DNA from: a virus
Lineage: Duplodnaviria; Caudoviricetes
Length of the DNA stretch: 64,000 nucleotides
IMG/VR virus record: IMGVR_UViG_3300001525_000506
Coordinates: 1 to 64,000 of that record
Reading direction: 5' to 3' (one strand)
The translations under genes and the position numbers were made by a program. Below, piece after piece: positions 27,556-37,776 of this stretch. Under the pieces are notes generated by a model. It saw only the letters and a list, made by a program, of their open reading frames with translations, did no database searches and was not told the DNA's origin. Position 1 is the stretch's first letter, and each line of letters begins with the position of its first letter.

Positions 27556-27946
27556 CTCGTACCTCTTTGATGAGCTTTTCTATTTCGGACTTAGGAACAC
27601 CAATAAAGTGTCCATCAGATACAACCTTATCAAGAGCCATATTCAAGACTGTCTCTGCAATAAGTTTTTGATTTACCTTGCCACTAATGTTATCTCCCAT
27701 CCCCATATAATATCCATCCCAGACTCCATAATTATAACATTTTGAACGCAACTCTCTTGATTCAATTTCTTCTTTATATTCTGATACGTCACCGTAACCA
27801 TTTTTAATGAGCACATTTGCGCAAATTTCACAAACCTTGGCTTCCCAAAATGCCGCGTTTTTCAGAGATGCAGAATAATTATTGTTAGTAAGTGCTTCAA
27901 ACAAAATTTTTTTAAGCGTATCTTTTTCTTCTTGTTCAGTTTTCAT
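27536..27946 (-). CDS. hypothetical protein, GYGDVSEYK family
   Basis: GGAGG RBS; shared motif. Confidence 0.75.
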   Translation of the reverse strand: MKTEQEEKDTLKKILFEALTNNNYSASLKNAAFWEAKVCEICANVLIKNGYGDVSEYKEEIESRELRSKCYNYGVWDGYYMGMGDNISGKVNQKLIAETVLNMALDKVVSDGHFIGVPKSEIEKLIKEVRDGEDKG

Positions 27947-28082
27947 TTTCGTCTCCTCCTTTATCCGATTCCCACATATCTCCGAATCGGCACTGGTCAC
28001 AATATTTTTCATTACAGCCTTTGCAACGGTACGTGTATGTTCCGAGGGTTGCATCTTCTGGCTCTTTTCCGTACATAATCAT
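27936..28082 (-). CDS. small Cys-containing protein, 48 aa
   Basis: AAGGAG RBS; CKGC...CDQC; overlaps both neighbours. Confidence 0.55.
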   Translation of the reverse strand: MIMYGKEPEDATLGTYTYRCKGCNEKYCDQCRFGDMWESDKGGDENEN

Positions 28083-28702
28083 TCCTTCTCCTTTGCCAAA
28101 AACGTATTCACCGATATCTCGTAAGCAGTTCGTATCTCAATCGATTCGTCATCGTGAATTTTCTGATATTCTCGTGACTGAAAACGTCCCGAAACCGTTA
28201 TCATGTCGCCCTTTTTATAGTGCATTATACGTCTTGCATTGCCGTTCCAAACCAAACAAGGTACAAATGAAACGTGACCGTCTTCGGTCTTGGTTACGCA
28301 AATGAAATCGGCAATAACTCGTCCCTTTGGCGTTTCGCGAATTAACGGCGAATTATACATCGTTCCGTTGAATTCGACAAAGTTATAATACTCGTCTTCG
28401 ATTTCAGCCCCGTCTGTAAACGATTCGCCATAAGCGCGGATAATTGCTCGTTTTTTCATTATGTATCTGTCGTATCGGCTATAAGTAATAACCTTCCCGT
28501 AAACAGCTACAACATCACCGAAACCGTACTTAAACGGCGTTTTTGCGCTATATTGAACCTTGATTATATCATCAACGCCCGAATCGCGCTTAATTGCGAG
28601 GTCGAATTCGTATTCGTCGATTTCGATATCGAATGCGATTTTAACTTTTTGTGGAATGCTTGCCACAATGCCTTTTAATCTTAAAGTGTTTTGATAATCC
28701 AA
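28079..28702 (-). CDS. ssb: single-stranded DNA-binding protein (double OB-fold)
   Basis: IRETPKGRVIAD...PCLVWNGNAR...SGRFQSREYQK...AYEISVN; promoter 28738-28767. Confidence 0.9.
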   Translation of the reverse strand: MDYQNTLRLKGIVASIPQKVKIAFDIEIDEYEFDLAIKRDSGVDDIIKVQYSAKTPFKYGFGDVVAVYGKVITYSRYDRYIMKKRAIIRAYGESFTDGAEIEDEYYNFVEFNGTMYNSPLIRETPKGRVIADFICVTKTEDGHVSFVPCLVWNGNARRIMHYKKGDMITVSGRFQSREYQKIHDDESIEIRTAYEISVNTFLAKEKE

Positions 28703-28792
28703 TGTTTTCTATTGCTCCTTTTGTGTTTTGTGCCTTTATTATATCAATCGTCAATATACTGTGTCAAGTAGGGTTATGAAAAAAATATAAAA

Positions 28793-28872
28793 GAAAAAAG
28801 GCGTTTGCAGACACCTTCTTTCTCGTAATTTCCTAAAATGCAGAGGAAATTGCCACAGTTTGTTTAGTTTCT
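28793..28872 (-). ncRNA. candidate sRNA, copy 2
   Basis: Same promoter (28879-28907), hairpin AATTTCCT/AGGAAATT and terminator as copy 1. Confidence 0.6.
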
Positions 28873-28903
28873 TTCTTTATTTTACCATATCGATACCCGT
28901 TTG

Positions 28904-30442
28904 TCAATGGGTTTTGAAAGTTTTCCATCTTCGCAGCGACGGCAATAACGGCGCCTTTGCATATTCAACACACGTCAATACGTGGTCGTTGCCGTCTTCA
29001 CGAGCCTCACCTTTTTTGCCACGACGTGCGTTCTTAATCTCTCGAACGAGGTTTTTGCACTTATCGGACACAAGGAAGTCGCCGTAAGCCATCAAAAGTC
29101 TATCGAAGTCAACACGAGTTTGAATTGAGAGTTTCGTTGATGCCATAAAACGAAGATTATACAGCCCATATTCGTGTGCTTTCATTTCCAAAACTTGTCT
29201 GAAACCGACGTCGGCGCTGTCAACATAAACGTTTATAGTTCCTCGCATAAGAATTGTTCCGAGATTGCCATAATATTCCGTCCATTTAATGATTTCGTTG
29301 ATAAGCCTATCCGCTTGTTCGGGCAAGCCTATGCTCTCGCGGTCGTCCGTATTCATATAGTTATCGGCTTTATTATTGCTGTGGAAATACTCGTCTATTG
29401 TCGCAATTTTCTGCAAATCAGCCGTAACCGCACACAAAGACATAGTCGTCGCCGCACGCACCTTCAAATCCGCATTTTCGTTTTTACCGACTTTGAGGAC
29501 GTGACCGCCACCGTCAGAGAGACCAGTATCGATACCGATTGAGAAGTCAGCCCATTGCGTACGCGTACCCGTAAGCCCCAATAGCGTCGGCAACGGTACT
29601 ATCAGCGAATCGTTCCATTCGGGATAAACTGCAGCCGTCGTGTTACCGAACATCCCCAAGAACTCAACTTTATATATTTCGGGCGCCTTTCTCTTCATTT
29701 CGAGTGCTGCCGCATCATAAGAGTCCTTATCGCGGAATTCGTTGATTTTATATGTGGATTTGTGCAAATATAAGCCTTTGCCGTAAGGACCTATGAATTC
29801 GGGGTCATAATAGTCCACATACGTCACGTCATCGCGGTCGAGCGTCGCATAATCGTCGTCGAGCCTATTCTTGAAGAATTCTTGATTGAGCCACGAATCG
29901 CCGTCCCAAGCGTTGAAACACATCGTAATTTGAAAATTTAACGGATACGGCAATTTACCACGCAATGAACCGTCGATTTTACGAAAGTCCTCAAACGACG
30001 GAACTTCAAACGCCTCGTCGATATATGCGTCTGTAAAATAACCGTTTGCAAATGTGATACCGTTTAGAGATGTCGGGTTGTTCAAACCACGGAAAATAAT
30101 TTGTTGTCTGGTCGGCTTATATTCGATTACGAGCGGATTCTTTGAGATTTTGAACGCATCTTCGAGACCTAAATCGACAATACAACCACACACGTTCTCG
30201 AACGTTGATTGTCTGTTATCGCTGTCGTTTTGACGGGCGATAAGGACGTTTCGCCTCGAATCCGATATTATCTTCATAATCGGCTCGTATCCGATTATAT
30301 TCTTCGATTTCTTTGTGGAACGCGCACCGCAAAAGAGACGGTAACGGCAGTGGTTATTCATAAACCACGCTTTTGTGTAACCGCCTCCAATGAGTTTTTT
30401 AAGGGACATTTCCCCATTTGGCAAAAAGATATCGTCTCTCAC
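28904..30442 (-). CDS. terL: terminase large subunit (PBSX family)
   Basis: Walker A GARSTKKS, IIFRGL, Walker B YIDEAF, nuclease GIDTG, VDSAD, DGNDHVLT. Confidence 0.92.
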   Translation of the reverse strand: MRDDIFLPNGEMSLKKLIGGGYTKAWFMNNHCRYRLFCGARSTKKSKNIIGYEPIMKIISDSRRNVLIARQNDSDNRQSTFENVCGCIVDLGLEDAFKISKNPLVIEYKPTRQQIIFRGLNNPTSLNGITFANGYFTDAYIDEAFEVPSFEDFRKIDGSLRGKLPYPLNFQITMCFNAWDGDSWLNQEFFKNRLDDDYATLDRDDVTYVDYYDPEFIGPYGKGLYLHKSTYKINEFRDKDSYDAAALEMKRKAPEIYKVEFLGMFGNTTAAVYPEWNDSLIVPLPTLLGLTGTRTQWADFSIGIDTGLSDGGGHVLKVGKNENADLKVRAATTMSLCAVTADLQKIATIDEYFHSNNKADNYMNTDDRESIGLPEQADRLINEIIKWTEYYGNLGTILMRGTINVYVDSADVGFRQVLEMKAHEYGLYNLRFMASTKLSIQTRVDFDRLLMAYGDFLVSDKCKNLVREIKNARRGKKGEAREDGNDHVLTCVEYAKAPLLPSLRRWKTFKTH

Positions 30443-30924
30443 TTGTTTTCTTCTTCCTTTTCTTGCTCGACTTCGATAAGTTCAATCATATCGGCGTCGA
30501 GAAGTCTTTTTATTTCGTCTGCACAATACTTATCGAGGTGCGTTGACGCATAATAAACGTTGTGGTCGAAAGGGTCAAGACTTGCAAAACCGACCCAACC
30601 GTCAACAAACGGCTCGATTTGAATTCGCCAATCGGTCAGAACATGTCTGAACTGGTCTGTAATAACGGCTTTGCCGCGTTTATATTTCAACCCGAGGCGA
30701 GTGCTGATAAGTTTTTCGTTCTTCGCATAGATTTTAGAACGCCATGTACCGTCGTTGTAAATGTGTTTGAGATTCCCTTGTACGAGTTCGCCGTCGAAGT
30801 CTTGCGGAATAATTTTTACAAGAACGGGATTCTCTGACGGAATCAAATCGTAATCCATATCGTTGAATTTATTGAGGTCAACGCCCTCTTTTACTCTATA
30901 TACTTTTCCTTTTATTGTTGCCAT
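30439..30924 (-). CDS. hypothetical protein
   Basis: GAGG RBS; coupled to terL. Confidence 0.75.
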   Translation of the reverse strand: MATIKGKVYRVKEGVDLNKFNDMDYDLIPSENPVLVKIIPQDFDGELVQGNLKHIYNDGTWRSKIYAKNEKLISTRLGLKYKRGKAVITDQFRHVLTDWRIQIEPFVDGWVGFASLDPFDHNVYYASTHLDKYCADEIKRLLDADMIELIEVEQEKEEENK

Positions 30925-30925
30925 G

Positions 30926-32344
30926 TTAAAACCTCTTTTTTAATGCTCTTCTTCTTTGAGTGTACGCTTTTTCGCAATATGGAATATTTGTGTCCACATA
31001 ATCATAAATAAGCGGTTGTTTTTTGCCTTCGAGATAGCGTTCAATTCGACCTGCGCATTGCACAATCAAGCCTTTTTCTTTTGCAGGCGAGCAAAAATGC
31101 AATGTATCGAGTTCTTTTATAGAAACGCCTTCTTTTAGGAGTGCATAAGTTGCGACGATAACGTCCCAATCAATTTGTTGTTTCAATATCTTTTCGCGCC
31201 GTTTTGCAGGTGTTTCTCCAACACACAAAACTGCGTTTACGCCTCGTTCTTGTAACATCTGAACTAAGACTTTACAATGTTCAACTCTGAGTGAAAGAAC
31301 GATTTGCTTTCTACCTTCTTGCGCGCATTTGACAATGTTTTCGACAATGACTTCATTTCGTGTCTGTTTTTCGCATAGGAACGGAATCAGTTTCATATAA
31401 TCAGTCATACCTGCGCTATCGAGAAGTTGCATCTGGTCGCGCATCGTAATCGGATAATCCAAATCGATTCTTATGTGTTTCGCCTCCATTGTCTTTACGC
31501 GCTCTCTATCGACCTTATACGTGGGGGAGAATGTCCCGTTAGGATTTGCTCCGATATACGCGTACATCGCGTTAATGAGCCCGTCAGCGCGTACAGGAGT
31601 CGCTGTAAGCCCGAATTTGTAACGGGCAGGTATCTTTGACAATACGCTCGTGAACATCTTCAATTTTGTAGGCGTTCCGCATACATGCGCTGCCTCATCA
31701 CATATTATAACACCGAATTTATCTTTATACAAGTTCGGGTCGATTTTACACATTGTTTGAACCGTTGAAATTGTAATATCTTCGCCGATTTCGAGTTTGC
31801 CTTCGGTTGTGAGCCCGACTTTTGCCATAGGATACAGCTTGAGCAAATCATCTTTTGCCTGTCGGAGCAAATCTCCTGTATGGCAGAGCCAAAGCGCCCT
31901 TTTCCCGAGCCGTTTTATAAGTTCCATTCCGAGATATGTTTTACCCGAACCGCACCCTGCAACGATTACGCCGCCTTTTGCATCGATAGCGGCATTGATT
32001 GCATCTTCTTGATAATCGAAGAACTCATCAATGCCCTGTACTTTGGCGCTCTTAAACGAAATATCCGAGGCATTGTTGAAAGATTGATAAATCTTACAGC
32101 CTGCTCTATTAAATGCGGGTAAAAGCGCATACAGACAGCCATACGGCACCACGAGGATATCTCCGTCAAGATAATAGAGATATATCTTCTCTGGGATGCG
32201 TTTCCAACGAATATAATCGTCTTTGCCCATTCGTTTCAATTGTTGGTATTCAGGGTTATCATAAACAAGATAACGATTGCACCATGAAACGACTTCTGGC
32301 GTCGGATTTTCTATTCTGATTTCATTCGATACTATCGCTCGCAT
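30926..32344 (-). CDS. superfamily 2 (DEAD/DEAH-like) helicase
   Basis: GCGSGKT, DEAAH, GLTATP, QCAGRIER. Confidence 0.93.
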   Translation of the reverse strand: MRAIVSNEIRIENPTPEVVSWCNRYLVYDNPEYQQLKRMGKDDYIRWKRIPEKIYLYYLDGDILVVPYGCLYALLPAFNRAGCKIYQSFNNASDISFKSAKVQGIDEFFDYQEDAINAAIDAKGGVIVAGCGSGKTYLGMELIKRLGKRALWLCHTGDLLRQAKDDLLKLYPMAKVGLTTEGKLEIGEDITISTVQTMCKIDPNLYKDKFGVIICDEAAHVCGTPTKLKMFTSVLSKIPARYKFGLTATPVRADGLINAMYAYIGANPNGTFSPTYKVDRERVKTMEAKHIRIDLDYPITMRDQMQLLDSAGMTDYMKLIPFLCEKQTRNEVIVENIVKCAQEGRKQIVLSLRVEHCKVLVQMLQERGVNAVLCVGETPAKRREKILKQQIDWDVIVATYALLKEGVSIKELDTLHFCSPAKEKGLIVQCAGRIERYLEGKKQPLIYDYVDTNIPYCEKAYTQRRRALKKRF

Positions 32345-32750
32345 ATTCTAAAACCGCCTTAAATTCGTTTAAGTCCTCAATTTTTACTGATTTTTTGCCT
32401 TCTCTTTCTGACCTTAAGACTCTATCATAAGGCAAAAAATACAGTTTTTCGGGAGTGCGCTCCCAGTATATAACAAAACCCATATTGGTTATGTGTGCAA
32501 AGTTTTGGGCATACGACATTGACGTTTTTTGGTTTGGTTCAATTCTTTCAAAAGAGAATGAGGCTTTCTCTTCTTCAAGATGCTTTGCGTCAACAAACCA
32601 GATATCATCACATCTGCAAGCAATGATATCAAAGGGTTGTCCGCCAACCTTTTTCGGCAATATGTATGCCCAGTATCCATTCTCCCGAAGGAAATTGGCT
32701 ATAAAGTTTTCCGTGGAGTTACCCACGATGTTTTGTACGTTTCCCATCAA
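32322..32750 (-). CDS. PD-(D/E)xK nuclease, Holliday-junction resolvase-like
   Basis: E...PFDII...FVDAK. Confidence 0.75.
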   Translation of the reverse strand: MMGNVQNIVGNSTENFIANFLRENGYWAYILPKKVGGQPFDIIACRCDDIWFVDAKHLEEEKASFSFERIEPNQKTSMSYAQNFAHITNMGFVIYWERTPEKLYFLPYDRVLRSEREGKKSVKIEDLNEFKAVLEYASDSIE

Positions 32751-35254
32751 TCTTTTCTCCTGATATTAACGCCGTTCAGCCTTATGCCGTAATAGCACCA
32801 CGCTTTTACGCCGTTACGTTGTCTGTTAATTCCGTCTTTTGAAGTAAGTTCGGAACTAAATTGACTTTCTTTCTTAACGAAATCGGTATTGTTTTGCGCC
32901 CAAACTTTATATGCCTCGTAAAGTTCGGTGCATTCAATAACCGAGTGCTTATCAATGATACATTTTTCGTCGATAAATTGCAAAACTTGGTCGTTTTTCT
33001 TCTTAAATTCAGCCGTATCGGATACGGTTTGTTTTGCTTTGATAAGGTGTCCGAGTTCTTGATATTTCAAGAAACCTTTTATACACCAACCGAGAATTTT
33101 ATCGGCGTCCATTCGCAATTTCGACGGGAGCGATTTGTCTTTTTGGTCGTCTCCGAAAATGTTCCTAAACACAAACAAGAAAAGACGTCGCCACATACCG
33201 TAATCGTTACCGCGAATGTTCGGAAGGTGGTTTGTTGCCATCCAAATCTTGAAGTTCGGGATGAACGTGAACGGATTTCCATACGGGAAACGAGCGTTTA
33301 CGGGGTCGCTACCAGTCAAAATCTTGGTTTGAGCCTCCGACAAGCGTCCGCCTTCGTCCGTTTCACCCGTCGTAACAAATCTTACTTTTTGCAGACTTGC
33401 AATCGCATATTCAGCGGGCGAATTCGACTGTCCTTTTTGCGTAACGAGCAATTTCGAGTCCATATTCGTTCCGTAATCGCCAATTACGTTCGAAATCGTT
33501 TCCACGAGCGTTGATTTGCCGTTTGAACCGTCGCCATATAGCAAGAACATACATTGTTCTGCGGTTGAACCCGTCAGCGAATAACCGATACACGTTTGCA
33601 ATGAGTCTATAATCTCTTGCGTGTCCGCAATGTTACCGTTGTCGAATACGCTCCAAAGGAATTTTTCCCAGACTTCCGAACGCTCAAACGATACTTTCGT
33701 GTGCGTGTTCTTTGCCAACAATTTCGTCTTGTCAAAAGGTGTTATCGCACCCGTTCTCAAATCGACGATTCCCGATTCCGTATTCAGTAGATAATCGTAT
33801 CTATCAAACACGTCATTTTTTACGGGGATATCCTTTAATGTTTGAAGTTCGAACAACATTGCGTCTTTGCCCGCTTTGTTAGCGACACGAGCTGTATTCT
33901 TCTCCGACGCGTCGAGAATTTTTGTCATTCTCTTTGCCTCATCAACACGACCTTGCGCTGTCAATACTTCGATTTTGTCTGCCATTGCGCGGTCATCTTC
34001 TTTCATTATTTCGATGAGTTTATTTGCGTATTTACGAATAATATTCGTTGCGTCTTTTATCCACGTTTTACCCGTCCAAAACATAAACACTTTGTCAGTA
34101 ACGTTATATTTGAACAAATCTCCGAAATAATCATAGAATTTCAACGCATTGCCCGTATCCGAATACGGATATGACCCAAATATCTTCTTGATTCTAAAAA
34201 TCGGCTCTCCGTCTTCATCGAGACTCGGCGTATAATTGAGTTCGGGTGACGTTTCGGTTTCGTTTTCGGTCGGTTTTGGCTTTTCAATAACGACCGTTTT
34301 CTTGCCGATATTGACCTTGTCAACGAGTTTCGTCTTTACAAAAGTTTCGCCTACGTTTCTGCATGCAACATCGATAGTAAGTTGTCCGTATGTTTTTACA
34401 CCCCTATGCTCGTCCCATTTCGGGCGCATAAGACCGCTGTTTCGGAAAATCCTATCCATTTGCGCCTCGTCCTTATTGCACCAAAACGCGAGCATACTGC
34501 AAAATGCCATATCCGCTTTCGACGCGTCTCCACCTTGTAGGCTTATATCGCCTTTATCGTAATAGCGGAAGAACGTATCGCATTGTCTCGAATTCGCAAC
34601 ATTTGCGAGGACTTCTTCGTCCGAAAGTTTCAATGTTTCATACATTTCCGTGTTTGGACGCGAATATGCGGGTGTTTGGATTACGGGCGCAGGTGTGAAT
34701 ACATATTTCTCCCAAAGTGGCTTAATTTCGTCCTCACGGTCTTGTACGGGGATATTTCGTATCGCTTTACCCGTAAATGCAAAAAAACGATTGGCGTCAT
34801 ACATTTCCACGCAGCCCTTTCGTCTTGAACCTTCGGGGAGTTTGCCTTTGCAGATTATGTGAATTCCTTTTCCGCTTTGCGACCATTCCGTATATGAGTT
34901 CAAAGTCGCCACGAATTCGTTCGCAAGTCGTTTGAATTCCGCCTCGTCTTCTTCCGATTGTCCTTCGGGTCCGATATGGTTATCCAAATCGACGCCAAAG
35001 ATACCGTCACCGAGAACGAAACCGATTCCGTCAAAGTTATATTTTTCGCACCCCGATAGCGCAAGTTTGAAGGTGGACCACGTGAGAGAATCGTTTACCT
35101 TCGCCATTTCTCCACTAAGAGAATTATAGGGACGTTTCGTAAGTTTCCCACTGGCGAGGGTTTCGACCTTGTATCCTACCCATCGTTTTAAGTTTTTCAA
35201 TTCTTGCGGTATTTTATTATATCGCAAGGAAAGTTCGTCAACCGTCATAAACAT
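32747..35254 (-). CDS. primase-polymerase plus SF3 (D5/P4-like) helicase
   Basis: N-terminal GIGFV...GVDLD, YTEWSQSGKGIH; C-terminal GDGSNGKST; promoter 35301-35330. Confidence 0.92.
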   Translation of the reverse strand: MFMTVDELSLRYNKIPQELKNLKRWVGYKVETLASGKLTKRPYNSLSGEMAKVNDSLTWSTFKLALSGCEKYNFDGIGFVLGDGIFGVDLDNHIGPEGQSEEDEAEFKRLANEFVATLNSYTEWSQSGKGIHIICKGKLPEGSRRKGCVEMYDANRFFAFTGKAIRNIPVQDREDEIKPLWEKYVFTPAPVIQTPAYSRPNTEMYETLKLSDEEVLANVANSRQCDTFFRYYDKGDISLQGGDASKADMAFCSMLAFWCNKDEAQMDRIFRNSGLMRPKWDEHRGVKTYGQLTIDVACRNVGETFVKTKLVDKVNIGKKTVVIEKPKPTENETETSPELNYTPSLDEDGEPIFRIKKIFGSYPYSDTGNALKFYDYFGDLFKYNVTDKVFMFWTGKTWIKDATNIIRKYANKLIEIMKEDDRAMADKIEVLTAQGRVDEAKRMTKILDASEKNTARVANKAGKDAMLFELQTLKDIPVKNDVFDRYDYLLNTESGIVDLRTGAITPFDKTKLLAKNTHTKVSFERSEVWEKFLWSVFDNGNIADTQEIIDSLQTCIGYSLTGSTAEQCMFLLYGDGSNGKSTLVETISNVIGDYGTNMDSKLLVTQKGQSNSPAEYAIASLQKVRFVTTGETDEGGRLSEAQTKILTGSDPVNARFPYGNPFTFIPNFKIWMATNHLPNIRGNDYGMWRRLFLFVFRNIFGDDQKDKSLPSKLRMDADKILGWCIKGFLKYQELGHLIKAKQTVSDTAEFKKKNDQVLQFIDEKCIIDKHSVIECTELYEAYKVWAQNNTDFVKKESQFSSELTSKDGINRQRNGVKAWCYYGIRLNGVNIRRKD

Positions 35255-35359
35255 TAGCCTCTTTATTGTTTATTTCTTTTGTTTTTGCAGATGTAGTCTT
35301 ATAATAACAAACCCCACTGCGCTGTGTCAATGGGGTTTGTGAGTGAAATTTTACTTTTT

Positions 35360-35839
35360 TTAGAACGGGAGGTCTCCGTCAATAGGTTGCCAATTCTCTT
35401 CGTCTTGAGCAGGACCTGTCACTGCACCGCCGCCGACTTCGGACGGTCTGTAGGAGAGATATTTTACAACGTTCTTATCGGATGAGTGGTATTGGTTTGC
35501 GGGCTCGACGTCAACGGAGATAATCATATTTTTGCCGTTGAAGTATTGAACGAGGTCGTCATAGTCGTCGAAATCGAGTTTTGCATTCGGAATTGCCGCG
35601 AGAATTGCGTTGATTTTTGTCTTGTTATAATCGTCGGTACCTCTTGCTTTGTAAATTGCGTCAAAGACAAATCTTCCGCCGAAAGGTTGTTCAACGTCGT
35701 TTCTGATTTGGAATTTGCAGTTGATATACGTACTGTCGCCTGATGCCGTTTTTTTGTATTCGCATTGAAGCGTTACTTCATAATCGCCTTTTTCGACGAG
35801 TTCAAAATTTGAGTCCACTTTACCTGAAAAATTAAGCAT
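35360..35839 (-). CDS. DUF669-like ssDNA-binding protein
   Basis: VEKGDYEV...C-terminal DGDLPF. Confidence 0.8.
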   Translation of the reverse strand: MLNFSGKVDSNFELVEKGDYEVTLQCEYKKTASGDSTYINCKFQIRNDVEQPFGGRFVFDAIYKARGTDDYNKTKINAILAAIPNAKLDFDDYDDLVQYFNGKNMIISVDVEPANQYHSSDKNVVKYLSYRPSEVGGGAVTGPAQDEENWQPIDGDLPF

Positions 35840-35857
35840 AATTTGTTATTCTCCTTG

Positions 35858-36385
35858 TTATTTGTTTTCGTTTTCGTTTTGTTTTTTGTCGTATTCGTCC
35901 TTGCACTCTTTGGAGCACAATGCAATGCCGTATTTTGCCACGCTTGCGTCATAAATGTTCTTGTCGATAATCTTACCGCAGACACTGCAAGCATATTGTT
36001 GTTTCGTCTCTGGTACCGCCTTTTTAAGTTGTTTCGGAGCGGGCGTATCTTTGATTCTGAGACAAGGAACCATATCACGTTGATATTTTGTAGTCGTTGC
36101 GAATACGACGACTTGTTTACCAATCCAACCGTCTGTGTCGCCAGTTCCGAGCGCCTTCTCGATTGCTTTACAATTTGTCTTGTTGAGTATCATCGGCTTG
36201 ATTTCCACGCCGTTTACGTGGTCTTCGACAAAATGTGCCACAATGCAAGGGTCTTGTTTGCCGTTCGGACCCGTTACGAGTTCTTGCGCAACACTTTTGA
36301 TTGTTACCGTTACTTCTTTTGCTATGCCGTCGAGCGAAAATGCGCCCATATAATTGTAATCGGCAAGTTGTTTCCAATGAGCCAT
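35858..36385 (-). CDS. recombination-associated protein with C-terminal Zn ribbon
   Basis: HWK...KPMILNKTN; CSVCG...CSKEC; next to the exonuclease. Confidence 0.65.
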   Translation of the reverse strand: MAHWKQLADYNYMGAFSLDGIAKEVTVTIKSVAQELVTGPNGKQDPCIVAHFVEDHVNGVEIKPMILNKTNCKAIEKALGTGDTDGWIGKQVVVFATTTKYQRDMVPCLRIKDTPAPKQLKKAVPETKQQYACSVCGKIIDKNIYDASVAKYGIALCSKECKDEYDKKQNENENK

Positions 36386-36386
36386 A

Positions 36387-37211
36387 TTATTTCTCCTTCT
36401 TTTTTACCTTTTCATCAACGCATTCGTAGCCAGCCTCTCTGAGTTGGTCGCCCGTTGCGCCAATGTAATTAAAATCGATTATTTTTGCTTTTTTTGTTTC
36501 CTTACAGTAAGAACAGCATTCACATCTGTTCGGTGCGATTTCGCCGTCGAGAATACCTTTAATTCGGGGTAGATTGTGTTTTACAATGTTCAACGCTTTA
36601 TCGAGGTCTTCTTGCGGAATATTGAACACTCCGATATCTGACGGCGTTTCCTTCGTTATACACACGAGATAACAAGGGAGTCGGTTGCCCGTATTTTGAT
36701 ATACGATTTCTTGGAAGATTGCGAGTTCGATGTCGTAATTGTATGCGAGAACGAAGTTAGTATATCCTCCGAAAGCGTCCGACCATACCTTTTTGAAATC
36801 TTTCATAACCTTCAAATCGACAATAGCCTCGTCTTTAAGATATGAGTCCATTTTGATTTTGAAAGGCACTCCGTCGATTTCGCCCGTCATTATCGATTGC
36901 TTTTCGCCGTTCAAAAAGTGTGTCATTTCGGGGTCGAGTTTGATTCTGTCAATCAATTCGTCGGCTTTTTTGAAACCTGCTTTGAGTTCGCCCGATTTCA
37001 AGAAGATTTCGGGATGTTCAATCTTAAAATCGTCCATTTCTTCGCTGAAATATGCGTCCACATACGACCCGATAAGTTGCGATTCCGTTGATGGTGTGTG
37101 ATAATTCGCAGCCGCGCTCGCCTCGCATTCAAGAAAGCGACAGAATCTCGAATACGACATATAATCGTGATTGTCTTTATAGTTTTGTTTCGTCAACGGT
37201 GTTAAGTTCAT
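36387..37211 (-). CDS. PD-(D/E)xK exonuclease (DUF3799/RecE-like)
   Basis: YMSYS...KIKMDSY...IVDLK...CECCSYC. Confidence 0.85.
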   Translation of the reverse strand: MNLTPLTKQNYKDNHDYMSYSRFCRFLECEASAAANYHTPSTESQLIGSYVDAYFSEEMDDFKIEHPEIFLKSGELKAGFKKADELIDRIKLDPEMTHFLNGEKQSIMTGEIDGVPFKIKMDSYLKDEAIVDLKVMKDFKKVWSDAFGGYTNFVLAYNYDIELAIFQEIVYQNTGNRLPCYLVCITKETPSDIGVFNIPQEDLDKALNIVKHNLPRIKGILDGEIAPNRCECCSYCKETKKAKIIDFNYIGATGDQLREAGYECVDEKVKKKEK

Positions 37212-37419
37212 CTTCTAACTCGATTATTGCCTCCTTGCTGTCCAAGTTAAGTCCGTTTACAATCTTTATAAACGTTGCGGGTTGAGGTGCGCAAATACCT
37301 TTTTCAATATTTCGCAAATGGACCTCTGAAATCCCTGTCTGTTTCGATGCGTCTGCTATTGAAAGCCCTTTCAAGTAGCGTTGACTTCGAACGTATGCTC
37401 CAAATCGTTTAGTGTTCAC
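37177..37419 (-). CDS. XRE-family HTH regulator
   Basis: R...GLSIADASKQTGISEVHLRNIEKG. Confidence 0.85.
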   Translation of the reverse strand: MNTKRFGAYVRSQRYLKGLSIADASKQTGISEVHLRNIEKGICAPQPATFIKIVNGLNLDSKEAIIELEDELNTVDETKL

Positions 37420-37775
37420 TCGTTCCCTCCTTGCGCATTTTCTTTCTTTGCTTTTTCCATTGCCGCAGACACAATATCGAGGTCGGAAAGCGGTATTAAG
37501 AAAAGTTTATTCATTGCAGCAAAGCGCGGATTGAATTCGCATTCTCCGTCGTCGTCGATATAAATCGTAATCGTCGGCACTTTGAGTTCGACTTTGACTG
37601 CAAATCGTAACGACCTCTCGTCGAAACACGCGTAAGCCTTGTCAACTCTAATAAACGAATTCAATTGGTCTATGAGTTCTTGCTGATGGCTATATTTCGA
37701 CGCCTTGTCCATTACCGAACCCGAAATCGCGTCGAGTCTGGCGTTGATATCGTCTATGTCTTTTTTTCGTATCAT
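37416..37775 (-). CDS. hypothetical protein
   Basis: GGAGG RBS; coupled. Confidence 0.7.
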   Translation of the reverse strand: MIRKKDIDDINARLDAISGSVMDKASKYSHQQELIDQLNSFIRVDKAYACFDERSLRFAVKVELKVPTITIYIDDDGECEFNPRFAAMNKLFLIPLSDLDIVSAAMEKAKKENAQGGNE

Positions 37776-37776
37776 T

